64,000 bases of DNA from Malacoraja senta (Eukaryota). The translations under genes and the position numbers were made by a program. Below are positions 1 to 10,480 of the stretch, piece after piece (within the stretch, counting starts at the first letter, position 1; every line of letters begins with the position of its first letter). Under the pieces are notes generated by a model. The model worked only from the letters and a program-made list of their open reading frames with translations, was not told the DNA's origin and made no database searches. The stretch lies in the NCBI GenBank assembly GCA_038087875.1, contig CM075995.1, positions 372,001 to 436,000 of the forward strand, written 5' to 3'.

Positions 1-235
1 CCCTTCGTTATCAACTCTTCCCCAGCCAACAATGGACCATTGTGGGCTCCACCCTTCCTTGGTCATCTGTGGCCAGCCCTAACCCTAACCCTAACCCTAA
101 TGCCCCCCTACTCTCATTCTGATGAAGAGTCTCAACCCGAAACGTCACCTATCCTTTTCCACCAGAGACGCCGCCTGACCCGTTGAGTTACACCAGCACT
201 TTGTGTCTATCTACAGTATAAACTAGCATCTGCAA
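1..235 (+). mobile_element. Penelope-like terminal-repeat (pLTR) derived element with hammerhead-like motif
   Basis: Aligns by eye to the copy at about 3445-3705. CTGATGA-AGAGTCTCAACCC-GAAACGTC at 119-146. Confidence 0.7.
77..100 (+). repeat. Interstitial telomeric repeat (CCCTAA)4
   Basis: Four perfect CCCTAA units. Confidence 0.9.
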
Positions 236-1775
236 TAGACAATAGACAATAGACAATAGGTGCAGGAGCCAGCACCGCCATTCAATGTGATCATGGCTGA
301 TCATCCCCAATCAGTACCCCGTTCCTGCCTTCTCCCCATATCCCCTGACTCTGCAATTTTTAAGCCCTATCTAGCTCTCTCTTGAAAGCATCCAGAGAAC
401 CTGCCTCCACCGCCCTCTGAGGCAGAGAATTCCACAGACTCACCACTCTCTGTGAGAAAATGTGTTTCCTCGTCTCCGTTCTAAATGACTTACTCCTTAT
501 TCTTAAACTGTGGCCCCTGGTTCTGGACTCCCCCAACATCGGGAACATGTTTCCTACCTCTAGCGTGTCCAAGCCCTTAACAATCTTATATGTTTCAATG
601 AGATTCCCTCTCATCCTTCTAAATTCCAGAGTGTACAAGCCCAGCTGCTCCTTTCTCTCAGCACATGACAGTCCCGCCATCCCGGGAATTAACCTTGTAA
701 ACCTACGCTGCACTCCCTCAATAGCAAGAATGTCCTTCCTCAAATTAGGGGACCAAAACTGCACACAATAGTCCAGGTGTGGTCTCACTGGGGCTCTGTA
801 CAACTGCAGAAGGACCTCTTCGCTCCTATATTCGATTCCTCTTGTTATAAAGGCCAACATGCCATTCGCTTTCTTCACTGCCTGCTGTACCTGCATGCTT
901 ACTTTCATAGACAGATGTACAAGGACCCCCAGATCCCTTTGTACTTCCCCTTTTCCCAATTTGACGCCATTTAGATAGTAATCTGCCTTCCTGTTTTTGC
1001 TACCAAAGTGGATAACCTCACACTTATCCGCATTAAACTTAATCTGCCATGCATCTGCCCACTCCCCCAACCTGTCCAAGTCACCCTGCATTCTCATAGC
1101 ATCCTCCTCACAGTTCACACTGACACCCAGCTTTGTGTCATCTGTAAATTAGCTAATGTTACTTTGAATCCCTTCATCCAAATCATTGATGTATATTGTA
1201 AATAGTTGCGGTCCCAGCACCGAGCCAGGTACACTACATCCACTGGCTCTCCCTTAACCATTTTCCTAGTTACATCTTCAAAAAATTCCAGAAGATTAGT
1301 CAAGCATGATTTCCCCTTCGTAAATCCATGCTGACTCGGACCGATCCTGTTACTGCTATCCAAATGTTCGGCTATCTCATCTTTTATAATTGACTCCAGC
1401 ATCTTCCCCACCATCGATGTCAGGCTAACTGGTCTATAATTCACTGTTTTCTCTCTCCCGCCTTTCTTAAAAAGTGGGATAACATTAGCTACCCTCCAAT
1501 CCACAGGAACTGATCCTGAGTCAATAGAACATTGGAAAATCATCACCAATGCATCCACGAAATCTAGAGCCACTTCCTTAAGTACCCTGGGATGCAGACC
1601 ATCAGGCCCTGGGGATTCATCAGCCTTCAGTCCCATCAGTCTATCCAACACCATTTCCTGCCTAATGTGGATTTCCTTCAGTTCCTCTGTCACCCCAGAT
1701 CCTCTGACCACTACTATATCGGGAAGATTGTTTGTGTCCTCCTTAGTGAAGACGGATCCAAAGTACCTGTTCAAC
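233..1775 (-). mobile_element. CR1/HER1-like LINE, 5'-truncated ORF2 (RT) plus 3' UTR, internally deleted
   Basis: ORFs 1115-1795 (SPGPDG, NYRPVSLTS, QHGF..GKSCLTNL) and 360-1118 (VRPHLDYCVQFWSP, SRTRGH). Jump near 1228. (TCTATTG)n tail. Confidence 0.92.
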
Positions 1776-2304
1776 TGCAGTTCCTTTCTACACAATATTT
1801 ATCATTTATCTGCCCAAATTTCCAATTGTTCCATATCCTCACTATCCACAACTCCAGCAATGTTTCTGTCATAGAGTCTTACAGCATGGAAACAAGCCCT
1901 CTGGCCCAACAGAGTCATAGAGTGATACAGTGTGGAAACAGGCCCTTCGCACCTAACTTGCCTTCACTGGCCAACATGTCCCAGCTACATTAGTCCCACC
2001 TGTCAGCATTTGGTCCATATCCCTCCAAACTTGTCCTATCCATGTGCCTGTCTAACTTGTCATCTGCAAACATACGAATCAGGCCACCTACACGTAATCA
2101 TCTAAACCATTCATGTATATTGCACATAACCAAGGTCTCCTCACAACACCACTGGTCACAGACTTCCAGTCAGAAAGACACCTCTCTCCACTTCCCTCCA
2201 TCTTGGATGACCAAACCAGTGTTGGATCTGATTTACCAACTCACTATGTTCTGGACCTTGACAAAGGCTTTACTGAAGGTCATGTAGACATCATCCACCA
2301 CTCT

Positions 2305-2870
2305 ACTGGATGCCGCATTTGGAATATTGTGAGCAATTTTGGGCACCATATCTGAGGAAGGATGTGCTGCCTCACGAGTGGGTCCAGAGGAGGTTTACGA
2401 GAATAATCCCAGGAATGGGTAAGTTAACAACTATGATGAGCGTTTGTAGGCACTGGGCCTGTACTCGCTGGAGTTTAGATGAATGAGGGGAGACCTCAGA
2501 GAAACATACAGAACAGTGAAAGGCTTGGAGAGAGCGGATGTGGAGAGGATGTTTCCACTAGTGGGAGAGTCCAGGACTAGAGGTCATAGCCTCAGAATTA
2601 AAGGACGTTCTTTTAGGAAGGCGGATACATTTCTTTTGTCAGAGGGTGGTGAATCTGTGGAATTTGTTGCCACAGAAGGCTGTGGAGGCCAAGTCAGTGG
2701 ATATTTTTATGGCAGAGATAGATAGATTCTTGATTAGTACGGGTATCAGAGGTTATGGGGAGAAGGCAGGAGAATGGGGTTAGGAGGGAGAGATAGATCA
2801 GCCATGATTGAATGGCAGAGTAGACTTGATGGGCCGAATGGCCTGATTCTACTCCCTTTCCTTATGACCC
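2305..2870 (+). mobile_element. CR1-like LINE 3' fragment
   Basis: MRGDL..TY, ESRTRGHSLRIKG peptide and the shared 3' UTR. Confidence 0.85.
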
Positions 2871-3242
2871 TCCTTAATTATCTTCAACCATTCTTCAAAA
2901 AATCAAATCAAAATCAAATTTGTGAAACCATGCTCATGTTCATGTTTTCCCAAATCAGACAAAAAACTGTCCCTTCAGAATTTTCTCCGATAATACCCCT
3001 CCCACTCATAAAAGGCTCAGAAGCCCATTAGTTCCTGGTCTGTCCCTGTTCCCCTTCTTGAACAAAGGAACAACATTCTGCAATCTTCTGGCACTTTGAC
3101 TGTGGCTCCAGGATACAAAGACCTCTGTCTACATGCCAGCAATCTCCTCCCATGATCTATCGGTGCCAGTGATAGATGCCTCAGGCCCTATGCACATCCA
3201 TCAATGTTTGACAAGACACCCAATACCAAATAATTAAATAAT

Positions 3243-3710
3243 CCACTGTCAGAGTGAGGCCAAATGACAATTGGAGGAACAGCACCTCATATTTCGCTTG
3301 GGCAGCTTACAGCCCAGCAGTATATTGATTTGTCTAACTTCACGTAACCCTAGCATTCCCTCTCTCTACCCCCCGACCCTCCCCCACCCTCTTTGGCCTA
3401 CTGGTTTCACAGTCATCCCTGCTTAGTTTCACCGTCTGCATAACTCGTTATCACTTTCTCCACAGCCAACAATCAGCCATTGTGGGCTCCAACTTTCCTT
3501 GATCATCGTTGTTGGCTTTTTGCAACTTTCACTAAATTGTTCTATGTTTGCATTCCTCTCGGTGCCCTCTCCTCTGACTCTGTCTGATGAAGCATGTCGA
3601 CCCGAAACGTCACCTATTCCTTTTCTCCAGAGATGCTGCCTGTTCCGCTGGGTTGCTCCAGCATTTTGTGTCTATCTTCGGTATAAACCAGCATCTGCAG
3701 TTCTTTCCAA
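3243..3710 (+). mobile_element. Penelope-like element 3' fragment (end of GIY-YIG region plus pLTR)
   Basis: Encodes LEEQHLIFRLGSL, followed by the same terminal repeat as the other copies. Confidence 0.75.
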
Positions 3711-4108
3711 CCCAAAATAATAATTGTTAGACTATAATTCCAATGCAAACTCCATAACTGCTCACATAAATCCCCGCTGTTGTCCTCGGGTGAATTCACC
3801 ATTTCCCAAGCTAACCTCTTGTGTCTAATATTTTGTAAAATCCTTTTGGATTTTCCTCTTGCAAAGGACATTTCATAATCCGTTTTAGCCCTGTAATGTA
3901 GACAATAGACAATAGGTGCGGTAGTAGGCCATTCGGCCCTTCGAGCCAGCACCGCCATTTACTGTGATCATGGCAGATCATCCACAATCAGTACCCCGTT
4001 CCTGCCTTCTCCCCGTATCCCTTGACACCGCTATCTTTAAGAGCTCTATCTAACTCAACTATTCCTTGAGGGTGTTGTCTGATTTCAGTTTCCTAAACCC
4101 TATATATA

Positions 4109-4201
4109 GGTCTGAAGAAGGGTCTCGACCCGAAACATCACCCATTCCTTCTCTCCAGAGATGCTGCCTGTCCCGCTGAGTTACTCCAGCATTTTGTGTC
4201 T
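4109..4201 (+). mobile_element. Minimal 93-bp Penelope pLTR insertion with 12-bp target-site duplication (TSD)
   Basis: ACCCTATATATA at 4097-4108 and 4202-4213. Confidence 0.8.
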
Positions 4202-5242
4202 ACCCTATATATATGCTGTATTTTTATTTTTACTTACAATATCTCGGTCATCCAAGGTTCCAAAACCTTGCCATCCTTATACTTCATCTTCCCAGAAAAA
4301 TGCTGGCTCTAACTCTGATCAAGAGCATTTAAAATAGTGTCAGATGGGGAATTATCTCCAAACAGCTGCTCCCAATATACTTTCTCCAGTTTTTGCCAAA
4401 TATTGTTGCAATTATTATTCCCTCTTTTAGCAATATATATCTATATACATGAAAGTGTCTATCTATAGTGGAAGAGTCTCGGACTATAGGCCATAGCCTC
4501 AGAATTAATGGATTTTCTTTTAGAAAGGAGATGATGAGGAATTTCCTTAGTGAATCTGTGGAATTCTTTGCCAAGGAAGCCTGTGGAGGCCAAGTCAGTG
4601 GATATATTTAAGGCAGAGATAGATAAATTCTTGATTAGTGCGAGTGTCATAGGTTATAGGGAGAAGGCAGGAGAATGGGGTTAGGAGGGAGAGACAGATC
4701 AGCCATGATTGAATGGCGGAGTAGACTTGATGAGGCGAATGGCCTAATTCTACTCCTATCACTTATGATCTTATGATCTCATGATATATCGTAAAACTCT
4801 CAGAATTATGCTCAATGTTGCACAACTACTCTCCATATACTTCAACCACGTGGCCAGGCTAATTTCCCATTGCAAGCCCCAGTAAGGCCTCACCATACTA
4901 GACTTTTGGACTATCTACATATTGTTTCAAGAAAATCCATGAAAGACACTGAACAAACTGGTCCATTGAAGCCCTTGTCATGTCAGGAGCCCCAAACAAT
5001 ATTGGTGGTTAAAATTACCCACAACAATATCCCTGTCGTTTTTACATCTTTCTATGATCAACCTCCATAAGTTATTCTTCTTCTCACTCCTTTTCGAGCT
5101 TGTAAAGAAAAAGTGTTGGACATTTAAATTTTGCATTATGTTTTTCATTGATTTGCAAATATTGCCTGGAATGTCCAATGTTTGACTATTTCGATTTAGT
5201 TGTTGTTGTTTATTCCTATTTATGTCTTTACTTGTTCGGAAC

Positions 5243-5283
5243 AAATAAATAAATAAATAAATAAATAAATAAATAGATAGATA
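5243..5283 (+). repeat. (AAAT)n/(AGAT)n microsatellite
   Basis: Direct reading. Confidence 0.9.
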
Positions 5284-5840
5284 TCTGTTCTTCAAGGTCC
5301 CGCTGCCTTGGCCACTCCCTTTTCTCCCCTCTCCCATCAGGCAAAAGGTATAGAGGTGTGAAAACACACACCTCCAGAATCAAGGACAGTTTCTTCCCAG
5401 CTGTTATCAGGCAGCTGAACCAACCCACCACAACTAGAGGTCAGTCCTGAACTACTATCAACCTCGTTGGTGACCCTCGGACTATCTTTGATTGGACTTT
5501 GCTGGCTTTACCTTGCACTAAACGTTATTCCCATATCATGTATCTGTACACTGTAAATGGGTCGATTGTAATCATGTCTCGTCTTTCTGCCTACTGGATA
5601 GCACGCAACAAAAGCTTTTCACTGTACCTCGGTACATGCGACAATAAACTAAACTGAACAGTTCGGAAAACTATAGTGTGACCCCATCATGGTCTGGCAC
5701 CCACTTACCTCATTGGAGACCTTCGAACTATCCTTAATCGGACTTTATAGGACCTTATCTTTCACTACACATGATACCCTTTATCCTGTATCTGTACACT
5801 GTGTTCGGCTCGATTGTAATCATGCATAGTCTATTCATCA

Positions 5841-6800
5841 GAAGGTAGACAAAAGTGCTGGAGAAACTTAGCGGGTGCGGCAGCATCTATGGGGCGAAGG
5901 AAATAGGCGACGTTTCGGGCCGAACCCCTTCTTCAGACTGATATAGGGTGGGGGGGGGGGGGGGCGGGAAGAAGAAAGGAAGAGGAGGAGCCAGAGGGCT
6001 GAGGGAGAGCTGAGAAGGGGAGGAGACTGGAAATTGGAGAAGTCAATGTTCATGCTGCTGGGGTATAAACTGCCCAAGCGAAATATGAGGTGCTGCTCCT
6101 CCAATTTCCGGTGGTCCTCACTCTGGCCATGGAGGAGGCCCAGGACAGAAAGGTCGGATTCGGAATGGGAGGGGGAGTTGAAGTGCTGAGCCACCGGGAG
6201 ATCAGGTTGGTTATTACGGACCGAGCGAAGGTGTTCGGCAAAGCGATCGCCAAGCCTATGTTTGGTCTCACCGATGTAGATCAGCTGACATCTAGAGCAG
6301 CGGATGCAATAGATGAGGTTGGAGGAGGTGCAGGTGAACCTCTGTCGCACTTGGAACACCTGCTTGGGTCCTTGAATGGAGTCAACGGGGGAGGTAAAGC
6401 GACAAGTGTAGCACGGGTGGTACGGGACGAATTGAACAGGGAGTTATGGAGGGAGCGGTCTTTGCGGAAAGCAGACAGGGGAGGAGATGGGAAGATGTGG
6501 CAAGTAGTGGGGTCACGTCGGAGGTGGCGAAAATGACGGAGGATTATTTGTTGTATGTGACGGCTAGTAGGGTGGAAGGTGAGGATGAGGGGGACTCTGC
6601 CCTTGTTACGAGTGGGGGGATGGGGAAAGAGAGCAGTGTTACGGGGTATGGAAGAAACCCTGGTGAGAGCCTCATCTAAAGTAGGGGATGGGGAACCCCC
6701 GTTCCCTGAAGAATGAGGACATCTCCGATGCCCTGGTGTGGAACACCTCATCCTGGGAGCAGATGCGGCGTAGACGGAGAAATTGAGAGTAGGGGATGGA
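5841..6800 (-). mobile_element. Penelope-like retroelement, 5'-truncated (RT C-terminal linker, GIY-YIG endonuclease, pLTR)
   Basis: NLIYCIRCSRC..IYIGETK..L..RF.EH GIY-YIG signature and upstream RVPLILTFHP. Flanking direct repeat AGTCTATTCATCA at 5828-5840 and 6800-6812. Confidence 0.9.
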
Positions 6801-6847
6801 GTCTATTCATCAACTGGACAGCATGCAAGCAAATGCTTTTCACTGTA

Positions 6848-7440
6848 GGTACACAAATATGCTGGAGAAACTCAGCGGGTGCAGCAGCATCTATGGAGCG
6901 AAGGAAATAGGCAACGTTTCGGGCCGAAACCCTTCTTCAGACTGATAGGGGGTGGGGAGAAGAAAGGAAAAAAGGAAAAAGGCGGAGGAGGAGCCCGAGG
7001 GCTGGGGGAGGGGTGGAGACAACCAGAGGGCTGATGAAGGGGAGGGGACAGCAAGGGCTAGCAGAATTGGGAGAATTCAATGTTCAAGCCCCCAGGATGT
7101 AGACTGCCCAAGCGGAATATGAGGTGCATTTCCTCCAATTTACGGTGTTGCTCGCTGTGGCCATGGAGGAGACCCAGGACAGAGAGGTCAGATACGGAAT
7201 GGGAGGGGGAGTTGAAGTGCTGAGCCACCGGGAGGTCAAGTTGGTTATTGCGGACCGAATGGAGGTGTTCAGCGAAACGATCGCCAAGCCTCCGCTTGGT
7301 CTCACCGATGTAGATCAGCTGGCATCTAGAGCAGCAGATGCAATAGATGAGGTTGGAGGAGATGCAGGTGAACCTCTGTCGCACCTGGAACGACTGCTTG
7401 GGTCCTTGAATGGAGTCGAGGGGGGAGGTGAAGGGACAAG
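6848..7440 (-). mobile_element. Second Penelope-like GIY-YIG fragment with pLTR
   Basis: ORF 7058-7384 NLIYCICCSRCQLIYIGETKRRLGDRFAEH...NIEF. Confidence 0.9.
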
Positions 7441-7754
7441 TTCACTTTGGTACACGTGACAATAATAAACTAAACCAGAAACTAAAACATTGTTGGCTAA
7501 TTAGACATAGCTGCGTGCAAGCCCATTTTCCAAAAGCACGATAGTTTTTAAAAAAAAATTAAGGTGGCTTTTAGCATTGGTGCTTAATATATAATTATAT
7601 TTTCCATTGCATAGAGTTCCTGTGATGGATTCTCCCTATTCAAAGCAGTACCGTGAGAAAAATAGACACTGGGTGCTGGAGTAACTCAGCGGGTCAGGCA
7701 GCATCAACTGTAGAAAAAGGATGGGTGATGTTTCAGGTCTGGAGAAAGGTTGCG

Positions 7755-7963
7755 ATGTCTCTTAGCGCTAACGGCAGGTACTCAGGAAGACTCGCTAACG
7801 GCAGGTAAGCACGGGAAGACTCGTGAAGATTTTTCAACATGTTGAAAAATGTCCACGAGAGCCCCGAGTACCGACGAGTGGCCATTACCGTAAATCTCCG
7901 AGTTCGAATCAGGGCAAACTCGGGAGAGCTCTTGGAATGAACTCGTACTGTGGGACAGGGCTT
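7755..7963. mobile_element. Harbinger/PIF-like MITE, one end only
   Basis: Ends ...GAACTCGTACTGTGGGACAGGGCTT then TAA. Homologous to the element at 46568-46888. Confidence 0.7.
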
Positions 7964-8255
7964 TAACTCAGCGGGTCAGGCAACATCTCTGGAGCGAAAG
8001 AACGGGTGATGTTTCGGGTCGAGACCCTTCTTCAGTCTGGTTAGGGATAAGGGGACCGAGAGTCTCTCGACCCAAATTGTCACCCATTCCTTCTCTCCAG
8101 AAATGCTGCTTGTCCCGCTGAGTTACTCCACCTTTTTGTGTCTATCTTCGGTTTAAACCAGCATCCGCAGTTCCTGCTTACACAGTTACTCCAACACTTT
8201 GAGTCTATCTTTGGTATAAACCAGGCTTTCCTGCAGTCTCTTGTTTCTCCAGTAC

Positions 8256-8367
8256 CTTGAGAAGCCAGGTGAGGACTGAGTCTCTGTAAGGCACAAACTT
8301 GTTTTTGCCCTTTGCTCCCACTTGGTCAGCTAAAGCGGAAATAACCAACCCAAGAGTTGTAAGGGAT
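8256..8367 (-). CDS. KIF13A: KIF13 exon (112 bp): [37 protein letters not shown]
   Basis: ttctcag|ATCCCTT...CTCAAG|gtactg, phase 2-0. Contains the [13 protein letters not shown] microtubule-binding motif. Confidence 0.95.
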
Positions 8368-8716
8368 CTGAGAAAAAAGCACAACAAAATTCAAATAAAT
8401 GAGATTGACAAAATGGATAACATTTGACAATTACATATTTTCCTAATTTGGGAAATTATAAAACTCAAAGTAATAGATCTCGTGTATGAAATGAGGCACA
8501 TAACTTGGTTTAGTTTAGTTTAGAGATACATAGAAACATAGAAAATAGGTGCAGGAGTAGGCCATTCGGCCCTTCGAGCCAGCACCGCCATTCAATATGA
8601 TTATCTTTGGATGAATATAATTCAAGATAAATGAAAATGGTCTCTCATCTGCTTCAAGTACTGTGTGGGCGGCACGGTGACACAGCGGTAGGGTAGCTGC
8701 CAGAGACCCGGGTTCA

Positions 8717-9056
8717 ATAATAATAATAATAATGGATGGGATTTATATAGCGCCTTTCTAATACTCAAGGCGCTTTACATCGCATTATTCATTCACTCCT
8801 CAGTCACACTCGGTGGTGGTGAGCTACTTCTGTAGCCACAGCTGCCCTGGGGCAGACTGACGGAAGCGTGGCTGCTAATCTGCGCCCACGGCCCCTCCGA
8901 CCACCACCAATCACTCACACACATTCACACGCAGGCATAGGTGGGTGAAGTGTCTTGCCCAAGGACACAACGACAGTATGCACTCCAAGCGGGATTCGAA
9001 CCGGCTACCTTCCGGTTGCCAGCCGAACACTTAGCCCATTGCGCCATCTGTCGTCC
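8717..9056 (-). mobile_element. tRNA-derived CORE-type SINE with L2-like tail, nested in an HE1 SINE
   Basis: Minus strand A box TGGCGCAATGG, B box GGTTCGAATCC, CORE-like GTGTCCTTGGGCAAGACACTT, tail TGTAAAGCGCCTTGAG...(ATT)n. Confidence 0.75.
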
Positions 9057-9580
9057 CAATCATCTACTGGGAAACACGGTGGCACAGCGGCAGAGTAGCT
9101 CCCTTCCAGCACCAGAGACCCGGGTTCAATCCTGACTACGGGTGCTGTCTGTACCGAGTTTGTACATTCTCCCCGTGACCCGCGTGGGTTTTCCACTGGT
9201 GCTCCGGTTTCCTCCCACATACCAAAGACGTGCAAGATTGTAGCTTAATATACTTCTGTAAATTGCCCTGAGTGTGTAGGATAGAACTGGTGTGAACGGG
9301 TCGGCGGTCATTCACACTGTATTTGTAAACCAAACATAGTTAAACCGAATAAAACAAACATTTTACCATGGAACCAAACTGCCCACTTGATTGTTGAATC
9401 GTGAATGTATTAACTTGAACTGAACTCCTCAGAACAAGTAATACACAGAATCTGTTACTCAGGGTAGAGGAATCGAGAACATGGGGACATAGGTTTAAGG
9501 TGAGAGGGGAAAGATTTAATAGGAGGCAGAATGGCAACTTTTTCACAGAGGGTGGTGGGTATATAGAACGAGCTGCCAGA

Positions 9581-9877
9581 GGGCGGCATAGTGGTGTGGC
9601 AGTAGAGTCGCTGCCTTAGAGCATCAGAGATCTCCATTCGATCATGACCACGGGTACTGTCTGCATGGAGTTTGTACGTTCTCACTGTAACCACGTGGGT
9701 TTTCCCCGGGTGCTCCGGTTTCCTCCCACATTCCAAAGACGTGCAGGTTTGTAGGTTAATTGGCTCCTGTAAATTGTCCCTGGAGTGCAGAATAGAACGA
9801 GTGTACGAGGTGATTGTTGGTCGGTGCGGACTCGGGGGGCCAAAAGGCCCGTTTCCACCCTGTATCTCTAAACTAAA
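9581..9877 (+). mobile_element. HE1-like V-SINE. Further copies at about 8667-8716/9073-9335, 11227-11580, 11765-12056, 17140-17452, 18460-18732, 29770-30100, 32437-32735 (+) and 22765-23065, 36255-36530, 45698-46042, 52140-52428 (-)
   Basis: GGGCGGCA head, tRNA-like boxes, V-domain GTGGGTTTTC.CCGGGTGCTCCGGTTTCCTCCCACA.TCCAAAGAC, and a LINE-shared tail GGGCCGAAGGGCCTGTTTCC..CTGTATCTCTAAACTAAA. Confidence 0.88.
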
Positions 9878-10185
9878 GGAGGTTGTTGAAGCAGGTACTA
9901 TATCAGCATTTAAAAGACACTTTTTTGTTACAGGATGTATGGAACAAGCTGCCAGAGGAGGTAGTTAAGGCAGGTATTATAACAACATTTAAAAGACATT
10001 TGTTCATGGATAGGAAAAGTTTAGTCAAGAGAAGAGTGTTTTATTGTCATGTGTCCCAGATAGAACAATGACATTCTTATTTGCTGCAGCACAACAGTGT
10101 ATGTAAACATAGTACACTGTAAACAATATGATAACCGAGAGAAAAAAAGTTTAGTTTGTGTATATATATACACGTACTCACAAAT

Positions 10186-10226
<41 letters not shown>

Positions 10227-10242
10227 CACATATAGATATGTG

Positions 10243-10480
10243 TAAGAAAGAACTGCAGATGCTGGTTAAAATCGAAGGAAAACACAAAATGCTGGAGTAA
10301 CTCAGCGGGTGAGGCAGCATCTATGGAGAGAAGGAATGGGCGACGTTTTGGGTCGAGACCCGAAGACTCTGACGAAGAATTCTGTCTGAAGAAGGGTCTC
10401 GACCCGAAACGTCGTCCATTCCTTCTCTCCATAGATGCTGCCTGTCCCACTGAGTTACTCCAGCATTTTGTGTCTACCTT
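10243..10480. mobile_element. Fold-back (inverted) pair of Penelope pLTR fragments
   Basis: About 95-bp arms in opposite orientation. Intact hammerhead-like motif at 10386-10413. Confidence 0.8.

Noticed and set aside
460..771. Recurrent plus-strand ORFs such as MCFLVSVLN...WPLVLDSPNIGNMFP
   Set aside because: Antisense readings of CR1 ORF2; they recur only because the repeat recurs.
5868..6359. GIY-YIG ORF read as a homing endonuclease or domesticated gene
   Set aside because: Frameshifted against its upstream part, present in several copies in the window, followed by a pLTR and TSD-flanked: an ordinary Penelope remnant.
8990..9056. tRNA-like sequence with A and B boxes
   Set aside because: It is the head of a SINE followed by CORE and tail domains, with no complete acceptor stem. 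The same applies to HE1 heads.
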